This document shows, one piece after another, positions 1 through 7,364 of a stretch of 64,000 nucleotides of DNA; the first letter of the stretch is position 1, and each line of letters begins with the position of its first letter. This DNA comes from a virus. The stretch is taken from positions 4,322 through 68,321 of IMG/VR virus record IMGVR_UViG_3300045988_138690; one strand, written 5' to 3'. Below the pieces are notes generated by a model. It did not search any database and was not told the DNA's origin. It saw nothing but the letters and a program-made list of their open reading frames with translations. Made by a program: the position numbers and the translations under genes.

Positions 1-123
1 GCAAGATTATATGAGACAACTGTATCACGTTATGAAAGGCTTATTGAACACATGAAGATGAAGTTTGAAACTCTTGAACGTGCATTTATGGATGCGAAGG
101 AAACTTTCGACAGAGGAGCGTAG
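1..123 (+). CDS. 3' end of an ORF entering from the left edge (hypothetical, helical)
   Basis: Frame 1 is open from base 1 to TAG at 121-123, followed by a hairpin terminator. Confidence 0.3.
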   Translation, partial: ARLYETTVSRYERLIEHMKMKFETLERAFMDAKETFDRGA

Positions 124-126
124 AAA

Positions 127-158
127 TAAAAAAAGCTTCGTATTCCGAAGCCTTTATG
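127..158. terminator. Bidirectional hairpin terminator
   Basis: GCTTCG/CGAAGC stem (135-140/146-151), with an A-run on the left and a T-rich run on the right, between convergent ORFs. Confidence 0.5.
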
Positions 159-173
159 TTCAAGTGAAACCAT

Positions 174-368
174 TTATGCACCTTTGGTCTTGAGATGAAG
201 TATCTTCATTTCATAACTCACTTGTTTGTTTTGTATTTGCAGCTCTTTCTCAAGAACTGATATCCTTTCATAGGCAAGTTCCAGATCTTCAGACATTCGC
301 ATAGACTGTTGCATGAGGACTTTAATTTGCTTCATGAGGCGGAATACGGAAAGGTTAACTTCTTCCAT
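174..368 (-). CDS. Small coiled-coil protein, paralog of 29370-29546
   Basis: 64-aa ORF. The core LMKQIKVLMQQSMRMSEDLELAYERISVLEKE is about 60% identical by eye to the 29370 product. Divergent from the CI-like gene. Confidence 0.5.
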   Translation of the reverse strand: MEEVNLSVFRLMKQIKVLMQQSMRMSEDLELAYERISVLEKELQIQNKQVSYEMKILHLKTKGA

Positions 369-426
369 GATGTTTTATAGTTTAAAAGTTTGTTGATGTA
401 TTTAATACAACATTAATATTTTAAAA

Positions 427-457
427 ATGTTCAATGTTCATATATGTTATTGAACAT
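427..457. promoter_or_regulatory. Operator-like repeats in the divergent switch region
   Basis: ATGTTCA occurs at 427-433 and 434-440. The inverted copy ATTGAACAT (449-457) is complementary to 427-435. The site lies between divergent genes 174-368(-) and 496-834(+). Confidence 0.4.
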
Positions 458-495
458 GTTCCAAAAGATTTAATTTATTACAAAATAGTATTTTG

Positions 496-834
496 ATGGA
501 AAATAAGGATAATGCCGCATTACGTTTGCGGCAATTTGTGATGTATGCTAAAAGAGAAAAGCTTATAAAAAGCATTCGCCAGTTTGAGGGAATATGCGGC
601 TTGTCAAATGGATACGTGAATGTTTATTTACGAAAAGACCACGGTAATTTAGGAAGTGACAACATAGGTCGAATATCCAAAAATTTTCCAATGTTAAATC
701 TATACTGGCTATGCACCGGAGAAGGGGAAATGCTAAATTACGGGAGCCGGGAAAGGGAATATAAAGAGGTAATGGACATCATATCAGAATTGCAAGAAGC
801 CGTTAAAAAATTAAGGACGGACAATAATAAATAG
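496..834 (+). CDS. CI/Cro-like HTH transcriptional regulator
   Basis: HTH segment IRQFEGICGLSNGYVNVYL and motif NLYWLCTGEGEM, typical of phage CI-repressor N-terminal domains. The ATG at 496 is preferred over the TTG at 493. Confidence 0.7.
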   Translation: MENKDNAALRLRQFVMYAKREKLIKSIRQFEGICGLSNGYVNVYLRKDHGNLGSDNIGRISKNFPMLNLYWLCTGEGEMLNYGSREREYKEVMDIISELQEAVKKLRTDNNK

Positions 835-1020
835 AACAAATGTGATACCATAATTATTTTATTAATCGCATCGTATTGAAAATCAAATCAATGCAATAAG
901 CGCATAGTCCCGTACGCACCGCTATAATAGGGACGAGAAAATCGCCCCTATTTTGTTGTATATCAGATTGTTGTACAATAGTGTATACCATAAATAATGC
1001 GCAATTCGCATAAAAAACAG

Positions 1021-1054
1021 TGCCCGATTGTGCCTTTTTATGCCCGATTGTGCC
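1021..1054 (+). repeat. 14-bp direct repeat TGCCCGATTGTGCC x2 (candidate integrase arm sites)
   Basis: Exact copies at 1021-1034 and 1041-1054, 20 bp centre to centre, about 70-100 bp upstream of the integrase start. Confidence 0.6.
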
Positions 1055-1122
1055 CAATAAAAAGAGATTATGTGTTACCTTGTGTGATACCGATTTTCGT
1101 TCGATGCCTAAAAACTTACAAA

Positions 1123-2265
1123 ATGAAATATCCAACATTAAGGTTTGTCTTTGACCGGAAAAAGACCGCAACAAAAAGCCATAAGGCTTCCGTTCAGATA
1201 GAAGTCCTAAGTGAACGGAGAAGGAAATTCATAGGTACAGGCGTAAAATTGTATTCAGACCAGTGGGATGAAAGAAAAAAGGTTGTTAATTCAATGCAGA
1301 TGCATGAATTGAACCGAAGCCTTGATGAACAAATAAGGGTAATACAGGATTGGGTGAACGAGCTTATCCGTAAAAGAGAGCCGTTTGATTTTGACAGGCT
1401 TGATAAATTCATTAAGTTCACGAACAAATCGGAAAGTTTCATTGAATTTGCCGAAAGGAGATTGGAGGAAAGGCAGGATATAACAGAAAGCACAAAGAAG
1501 ACACATCGTACATTCACGGAGTCACTTAGGTCGTTCGGCCGTATCAATTATTTTTCCGATTTGACTAAAGAAAATATAACCATATATGATGACTGGCTGC
1601 ATGGGAAAGGGTATTCCCAACCTACCATCCACAATTACCATAAGCGGATGAAGCGTTATGTAAACGAAGCGATAAAATTTGAATTAATCGATAAAAACCC
1701 GTATTCAGGGCTTCATTTCGAACGTGGAAGGCATCAGATAAGGAAATACCTTACGGAGGATGAGCTAAAAAGAATAATGGAAGTGGAAATACCGTCTAAA
1801 ACCATTCAGCAGGTACGTGACTTGTTTGTTTTTCAGGCATACACCGGAATATCGTATGCAGACCTTGCAAAGTTTGACTTCAAGAATGATATCACAAAAA
1901 TAAACGGAAAGCTGGTAATTCAGGATATCCGGCAAAAAACAGAAGAAAGTTATTTTATAGTACTCCTTTCTCCGGCGGTTGCCATATTAGAAAGATACGG
2001 ATTTGTCCTTCCAATTATAAGTAACCAGCAATATAATTTAAGGCTTAAGATAGTGGCTGACTATGCCAAGATAGAAAAAAATCTAACCGTTCACATGGCG
2101 CGCCATACATTTGCTACAATGTGCTTGAATAACGGAGTAAGGATTGAAAATGTAAGCAGGATGTTAGGTCACTCCAACATAAGGACAACACAGGAATATG
2201 CGAAGGTACTTAATTCTGAGGTAGAAAAGTCATTCGACCTTCTGGAAAGAATGATAAAAAAATAG
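1123..2265 (+). CDS. int: Tyrosine integrase (Bacteroidota type with N-terminal arm-binding domain)
   Basis: The C-terminus HMARHTFATMCL...GHSNIRTTQEYAKV gives the R..HxxR..Y signature. The N-terminus MKYPTLRFVFDRKK is typical of Bacteroides integrases. The ATG at 1123 is preferred over the upstream extension. Confidence 0.9.
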   Translation: MKYPTLRFVFDRKKTATKSHKASVQIEVLSERRRKFIGTGVKLYSDQWDERKKVVNSMQMHELNRSLDEQIRVIQDWVNELIRKREPFDFDRLDKFIKFTNKSESFIEFAERRLEERQDITESTKKTHRTFTESLRSFGRINYFSDLTKENITIYDDWLHGKGYSQPTIHNYHKRMKRYVNEAIKFELIDKNPYSGLHFERGRHQIRKYLTEDELKRIMEVEIPSKTIQQVRDLFVFQAYTGISYADLAKFDFKNDITKINGKLVIQDIRQKTEESYFIVLLSPAVAILERYGFVLPIISNQQYNLRLKIVADYAKIEKNLTVHMARHTFATMCLNNGVRIENVSRMLGHSNIRTTQEYAKVLNSEVEKSFDLLERMIKK

Positions 2266-2269
2266 GAAA

Positions 2270-2308
2270 ATTAGGAGACCGAACGAATTAAATGGTCTCC
2301 TAATCTTT
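2270..2308. terminator. Bidirectional intrinsic terminator
   Basis: Perfect 10-bp stem TTAGGAGACC/GGTCTCCTAA (2270-2279/2293-2302) followed by TCTTTT, between convergent genes. Confidence 0.8.
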
Positions 2309-2313
2309 TACGC

Positions 2314-2730
2314 TTATTCATTATGTTTATGTCTATTGTATTTTTTCACAAATTCATGCCCGGATCTTAATGCGTCTGATAGTTGTTTTAAATCACAATT
2401 GTCCTGTATTTCCATTGTGAATTTAGGGAATTTATTTCTTATTAGTAAAAGTCTGTCGTTTTCGTCATCTTGCCTGAACTCGAATACAGGTGTAGGCATT
2501 GCAATTGAATACCAATGGGAAAACATATAGTTTCCCATCTCTGCCATTATATGAGCAAGTTTATTTGCACAATTATCATCGGATGTAAATTTACTGTCTT
2601 CGAGCACAGAAATACGTTGCGTTTCGTTGAACTTGTGTTCTTCAAACTTGCACACTATCAAGTTATCCGTGTCAGTCAGGACCCACCAGTTTGGAAAGTC
2701 CCGGCTTTTTTCTAATTTAAATCTGTTCAT
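2314..2730 (-). CDS. Hypothetical protein (138 aa)
   Basis: Long ORF, 3-nt gap to the upstream partner 2733-3188. No motif recognised. Confidence 0.6.
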   Translation of the reverse strand: MNRFKLEKSRDFPNWWVLTDTDNLIVCKFEEHKFNETQRISVLEDSKFTSDDNCANKLAHIMAEMGNYMFSHWYSIAMPTPVFEFRQDDENDRLLLIRNKFPKFTMEIQDNCDLKQLSDALRSGHEFVKKYNRHKHNE

Positions 2731-2732
2731 TT

Positions 2733-3188
2733 CTATATTATAGTTACAAATGATTCATCAATATATTCATATCCTATATACTTCATTTGTGCCTTATCAT
2801 TAGATCTGCACCACTTATGAAGCAAAACATTCATGTCATTGTTTATTTCTAATTCGAATTTATACTCCTTGCTTCGTTTAAATGGAAATTCCGTATATCC
2901 AGATAATAGCATGAAATCATTAATGGTTACCCCCGTGGAAAACCAGATAGTTTTACCGGACAATGAGGATGAACGAGACAAACGGAATTTCTTCCCAAAT
3001 ATTTCAACTTCCATGCCATCAGGGTTTTCTGCAATAACTTTTTCTGCAATTTCGGTTCGGAATTTAAGGTTTGTGCCTGCATATCCTATATGCGATGTTG
3101 CTTTAGGGCAATTAATATACTTCGGATTAGATAAGTCTCTACGAATGTCTTTTGCTCCGTTAATTAAGGATGTGATTTGAGTTTTCAT
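2733..3188 (-). CDS. Hypothetical protein (151 aa)
   Basis: Long ORF, first gene of a two-gene cassette. No motif recognised. Confidence 0.6.
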   Translation of the reverse strand: MKTQITSLINGAKDIRRDLSNPKYINCPKATSHIGYAGTNLKFRTEIAEKVIAENPDGMEVEIFGKKFRLSRSSSLSGKTIWFSTGVTINDFMLLSGYTEFPFKRSKEYKFELEINNDMNVLLHKWCRSNDKAQMKYIGYEYIDESFVTII

Positions 3189-3309
3189 AAAACAAACAGT
3201 TTTACGTGTGTCTCACGGCTGCACAACAGCTATTTTCTATATTGTAAATATACGTCTTATTTCTTTTTTAGCCAAATAAAGCTACAATTATTTTATGATC
3301 TTAAGGATA

Positions 3310-4242
3310 TTATTTAAAAAACTGTATGGCGTTTTTATCCAATTTGCCAATACCGCAACATATATACCCTTGGGTCATTTTTATATCTGAATGCCCCATT
3401 CTTTTGGAAATTTGAAGAATTGGCACGCCTAATTCCGCCAAGTTGGTAGCAAAACTTCTTCGGGCTGTATGGGACGCTATGAATTTCCATTTTTCGCCCG
3501 TTTCATTCTTCCCCCTTCGGAATAGTTTTACCCTTTCGTTTATCCCTGCTTTCCGGCATATATCCCGTATGGTATCGTTAAAGCTGCTATCGGAATACCT
3601 TTTCTTTCCGGCTATCGGGAGTAATTTGTGTAAAACTGGTTTTGCTTCGATAGTTGTTGCCGTTTTCGTTTTCTTGCTGACATAGTAAATATATCCGTTG
3701 CTTATGTTCTCATCCGTCATTTCCAATACATCCGAATGCCTTGCGCCCGTATAGCATCCGCACAGGAATTGCGCTAATATTATTTTCTCTTTCTCGTTTT
3801 CCGGGCGGTAACTTTCCAATATTGACAACTCGTTTAAGTTAAGATATACGCTTATGGAAGGCGTGTTTTTTACGCTTAATCTATCCTGATATCCAAGATA
3901 GGGTAAAGTAAATTCGTCCCGTGCATCGTTTAATACCGCCTTAATCATTGCAAAATAGGTTCTTCGTGAACTTTGCGCGCATCCTGAAAATACGGATGAT
4001 AAGTTATCTATATTTGATTTGGTAAAATCTTTCCAATCTGGTATAAAGCCAAGGTTGTTTTTAATTTTGGCAATTATCCCGTAATATTTAGGGTATTTGA
4101 GAATAAACCGCCCGCAAAAGGTGTTTTTCCAGTTCTTTACTTCTGGAAGTCCAGGTAATAAAAGTAGCCTATTCATCCTTTCCATTCCTTCCCGGCTCAT
4201 CTTGGAATTGAAAAGAAGCTTGTTTAATTCGTCCAGTTTCAT
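3310..4242 (-). CDS. Second tyrosine recombinase/integrase (310 aa)
   Basis: GARHSDV...HTARRSFATNLAELGVPILQISKRMGHSDIKMTQGYI gives the R..HxxR..Y catalytic signature. It lacks the arm-binding N-terminus of the first integrase. Confidence 0.85.
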   Translation of the reverse strand: MKLDELNKLLFNSKMSREGMERMNRLLLLPGLPEVKNWKNTFCGRFILKYPKYYGIIAKIKNNLGFIPDWKDFTKSNIDNLSSVFSGCAQSSRRTYFAMIKAVLNDARDEFTLPYLGYQDRLSVKNTPSISVYLNLNELSILESYRPENEKEKIILAQFLCGCYTGARHSDVLEMTDENISNGYIYYVSKKTKTATTIEAKPVLHKLLPIAGKKRYSDSSFNDTIRDICRKAGINERVKLFRRGKNETGEKWKFIASHTARRSFATNLAELGVPILQISKRMGHSDIKMTQGYICCGIGKLDKNAIQFFK

Positions 4243-4244
4243 GG

Positions 4245-4388
4245 CTATTTTTTTATTATGCCTTTCCTACACAAAATAACCGTAACAACAACACACGCAG
4301 CCCATAAAAGAAGTATAAAGCCTATACTACCAGTTGCGCCACAACATAGTAAAAATATGAATATTAACCATAAAGTTATACCTAACAT
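4245..4388 (-). CDS. Small hydrophobic membrane peptide (47 aa)
   Basis: MLGITLWLIFIFLLCCGATGSIGFILLLWAACVVVTVILCRKGIIKK. AAGGAGG lies 7 nt upstream, and the stop is 2 nt before the recombinase ATG. Below the ORF-track length cutoff. Confidence 0.35.
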   Translation of the reverse strand: MLGITLWLIFIFLLCCGATGSIGFILLLWAACVVVTVILCRKGIIKK

Positions 4389-4571
4389 TACTTATTCCTC
4401 CTTATTTTAAATTATTCGTTTATTCTTTATCGCCTACCCGGCAGCCGTATTACTGTCGGGGCATTATAACATGAACGTTGGTCGAAACCTCAACGTGCGT
4501 CTATGCTAATTGTGGCAATATATCCTTAATTTATTCGGTTATTAATTCTATAAACTTGCTTATCATATATC

Positions 4572-4805
4572 TTATTTAAATTCCACATTCAAACCGAAAT
4601 TTGCAAAATGTCGATCGATGCAGTTCGTTATAAATTCTAATGCATCCGGGTAGCTTCTGTTATTGCAGCAACCGAAAGCCCCGAAGGAACCGCAAAAACG
4701 CCCTTTGTTGAAACTATCCTTTGAAATGGTTGCTATTACCTTGTTATCTATTTGAAAGGCTGTATTTTCGCCCTGCTGGTTTACTGTTACTATAATTGTT
4801 TGCAT
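4572..4805 (-). CDS. Hypothetical protein (77 aa)
   Basis: ORF in the same-strand string of small genes. Confidence 0.5.
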   Translation of the reverse strand: MQTIIVTVNQQGENTAFQIDNKVIATISKDSFNKGRFCGSFGAFGCCNNRSYPDALEFITNCIDRHFANFGLNVEFK

Positions 4806-4823
4806 GATTGTTTGTTTTAATAG

Positions 4824-5279
4824 TTAATTGCATTCTGTTATCAGTATGGGAGAATTTTCATAGTTCACATTCCCGTATAACTCGCTTTCTATTTCTTTGC
4901 CTTTCTTTGGCTGGTAGTCCGTTCCTTGGACGTAGAAATTACCGTCAAATGGATATGCGTTAATATGTTTATGCGGTATGTCAGTTGCGCACATTCCAGC
5001 CCAATAAGGGTATCTAAATAGTTTACCGTCTTTGTCCCTTGCGATATAGAATTTTGCCAGATCTTTCTTATTATCGAAAAATACGGTTTTCTCGTTGATA
5101 GGCTCGTATTTGTCATTTATAGCGGATAAAGTATAAATCATTCCGCTAACCTTTACCCCGTTCAAATTGCAGCCTTTAATAAGTCTTTCCGTCTCTTTAC
5201 TTGCTGCTTCCATCGTTGTGAAAATGCAAGTATATAAGTTTTGACCTTTGCCCAAATAGGCGCGTACTTCGTAAATCAT
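4824..5279 (-). CDS. Hypothetical protein (151 aa)
   Basis: ORF in the same-strand gene string. Confidence 0.55.
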   Translation of the reverse strand: MIYEVRAYLGKGQNLYTCIFTTMEAASKETERLIKGCNLNGVKVSGMIYTLSAINDKYEPINEKTVFFDNKKDLAKFYIARDKDGKLFRYPYWAGMCATDIPHKHINAYPFDGNFYVQGTDYQPKKGKEIESELYGNVNYENSPILITECN

Positions 5280-5355
5280 TGTTTTGTTTTTTAGTTAGTA
5301 ATAGTTCCCGGCGGCGGTGTCGCTCCGCTTGTTGTCCTCCACGCCGGGATAATTA

Positions 5356-5544
5356 TTAAGCCTTGAATATAACAAGGTATTCCCCACCTCTTTTGCCTAT
5401 GTGTGTATGTTCGTAACGCCCTTTTTTGGCATTGTAATAAAATTCTCCGGTAACGTTATATTCCACGCCGTTAACCTCGTAAACCATACAACTATGATTA
5501 TTATTCATTCCTATCGCTTTTATTGCCTTCATATCTTTATTCAT
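5356..5544 (-). CDS. Hypothetical protein (62 aa)
   Basis: ORF in the same-strand gene string. Confidence 0.45.
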   Translation of the reverse strand: MNKDMKAIKAIGMNNNHSCMVYEVNGVEYNVTGEFYYNAKKGRYEHTHIGKRGGEYLVIFKA

Positions 5545-5635
5545 TTTCTTCGTTTACAAATTCCTTGATTTTCTCTATATCGGTGCAGCTGATGAACAAC
5601 ACGGAACCGAATAACAGTAACATAACGCCGAACAT
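5537..5635 (-). CDS. Tiny lipoprotein-like peptide (32 aa)
   Basis: MFGVMLLLFGSVLFISC... is a signal peptide plus Cys. The stop overlaps the next gene's start. Very short. Confidence 0.25.
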   Translation of the reverse strand: MFGVMLLLFGSVLFISCTDIEKIKEFVNEENE

Positions 5636-5648
5636 ATTATAAGCTGTT

Positions 5649-5984
5649 TTATCCGTTATTAACTGATTTGTACAATTCACGCGCAAATCGTTTAATCATT
5701 CTTTTGCGCTGAGTATAATTGTAACTATAATATAGTTTTTCCCATCGTTCGCACACTTTGCGCGCTTTTTCGTTGCTCGTTCCGAATGGAGCGTAACCGG
5801 TGCAGATAGCTATATTATTATACGGTTCGGGTAATTCGTATATATCAGCCGCCCAACCTTCTAAACGTTCGGTATGCCCTATCTTTGTAAGGTAGTTTAC
5901 TATACTCTGTATTTCGCAATAACCTAATGATATTACATTTTCTTTTCCGTAAATGCGATATATTTCTTTTCTTGTTGTCTTCAT
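5649..5984 (-). CDS. Hypothetical protein (111 aa)
   Basis: ORF in the same-strand gene string. Confidence 0.55.
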   Translation of the reverse strand: MKTTRKEIYRIYGKENVISLGYCEIQSIVNYLTKIGHTERLEGWAADIYELPEPYNNIAICTGYAPFGTSNEKARKVCERWEKLYYSYNYTQRKRMIKRFARELYKSVNNG

Positions 5985-6049
5985 AACATTGTTATTTTAG
6001 TGTGGATAAATGATTTTGATGTAGTAGGGGCTAACAAGCCCCGTTATTA

Positions 6050-6445
6050 TCAGCCTATAATATAGGGTTCTTTCATTGGTATGTATTCCATGCCATTAAG
6101 TTGGTAGATAGGAAGGAAGTTTCTAAACCAACCGTTACCGGCATCATAAAGACCTTTAAAAACAAAATCACAAGGAGAAGCACTATTAATTATTTTAAGA
6201 TCTCTATATCCAAAAACGTTACTTTCTCCGTTCTTCTTGATGAACTTCTTTAACCACTTCAAGCCCTGTTTGCCTTGTTCCTCTGTCAAGGGAATACCGT
6301 AACCGTCTCCGATACTTTCCAGCCAATCATAATTGATAACGTCTTTCTGTTCTCTGTTTGAACGGTTCTTTAATAGCTGTAATTGCTGTTTAGTGATTAC
6401 ACCGGCTTCTTTAATCTCTGAAAAGATACCTTCTAATGTCTTCAT
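6050..6445 (-). CDS. Hypothetical protein (131 aa from MKTLEGIF)
   Basis: The track ORF runs to 6571 but starts at a TTG and crosses the C8 tract. The ATG at 6445 is more plausible. Confidence 0.5.
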   Translation of the reverse strand: MKTLEGIFSEIKEAGVITKQQLQLLKNRSNREQKDVINYDWLESIGDGYGIPLTEEQGKQGLKWLKKFIKKNGESNVFGYRDLKIINSASPCDFVFKGLYDAGNGWFRNFLPIYQLNGMEYIPMKEPYIIG

Positions 6446-6533
6446 AACTGTAATATTTAAATGTTTATAATTCAACTTTATTACAGCGTTTAATTTTATT
6501 GGCGGATAATTTGGAAGTTTAAACCAAGATAAG

Positions 6534-6624
6534 TACCTTTGTTCCTGATTACGGGGGGGGTACTTATCCAAGTTATTCCCTTTCTTGAACCTGTTAGCAT
6601 TGCCAGTGTTAGCAGGTTCTTTTT
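6534..6624 (+). ncRNA. Candidate about 75-nt sRNA carrying the G8 tract
   Basis: TACCTTTG -7 box (6534-6541), G8 (6553-6560), hairpin GAACCTG/CAGGTTC (6587-6593/6613-6619) plus T5. No plus-strand ORF. Antisense to the 5' region of gene 6050-6445. Confidence 0.35.
6553..6560 (+). repeat. G8 homopolymer (context ACGGGGGGGGTA)
   Basis: Read directly. The same 12-mer recurs at 37461-37472. Confidence 0.95.
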
Positions 6625-6994
6625 ATCTCATCATAAAAACAACGCTTACAAGAATGTTATAACGCGCTTATTATTAGTGGTATATATAAACTTATTAAAT
6701 CAATACTTTATAATATCATATTAAATAACTGTATTACAGGAATATATAATATTATTAGCATAGGTTTAATAAGGGAATATTTTATCCCTTTCTTGTACTA
6801 CAAAGATAATAAAGACTTATCAGATATGCAAATATTTTACTATAATATTCACTGTATTATTAAATATATTTCTATGTTATGAAACATATGCTTTTTATGA
6901 TCGGATTTTGGATGAAGTATTTGTAACACATTGATACACATTGATTTATTATGCATATATCAAAATATTATTAGTATAATATTTAATATACCCA

Positions 6995-7002
6995 CCCCCC
7001 CC
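6995..7002 (+). repeat. C8 homopolymer (G8 on the minus strand)
   Basis: Read directly. Inverted relative to the 6553 tract, 434 bp away. Confidence 0.95.
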
Positions 7003-7249
7003 GATATTACATATGTAAATATTTAGTCATTCATTACTGCTCAAAATTTTTATTTTATTTTTTTATTTTCCTCCACTTTCCATTAGTCTATTTGCCTGCT
7101 TTTGCCCCTTTGCATTCCCGTTGTTTTTATATTTTTCCGATGTATTATTATCCTTCATTCTCTGTAGTTTAATTATTGTATACTACACTTTATATTCTAT
7201 TGAGATAAAATATATTATGAATTATATTGTATGATATGTATAAAATCTA

Positions 7250-7257
7250 TATATTTG
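7250..7257 (+). promoter_or_regulatory. -7 promoter box TATATTTG
   Basis: Matches the Bacteroidota TAnnTTTG consensus, about 110 nt upstream of the NTPase gene. Confidence 0.45.
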
Positions 7258-7364
7258 TAGAAAATATACTATGTATATGTGAATATATATTCTATAGAGC
7301 GTCCTGTTTTATACATATTATCAATTTGTTGTAATATAAATAACTGATATACAAATATTTGCTT

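Larger units (their letters stand above)
6446..7364. promoter_or_regulatory. AT-rich control/ori-like intergenic region
   Basis: About 0.9 kb non-coding, upstream of the D5/P4 NTPase. Direct repeat TCCCTTTCTTG (6577-6587, 6785-6795), tandem ACACATTGAT x2 (6926-6945), and long AT runs. Confidence 0.5.

Noticed and set aside
6446-6571. Long form of ORF 6050-6571 reading through the C8 tract
   Set aside because: It would start at a TTG with no ribosome-binding context. The extension is low-complexity. A good ATG (6445, MKTLEGIF) follows.
6553-7002. Invertible promoter segment bounded by the inverted G8/C8 tracts
   Set aside because: The inverted repeat is only about 10 nt and almost entirely homopolymer. 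No promoter box pointing outward from both orientations was evident. It is mentioned only as a remote alternative.
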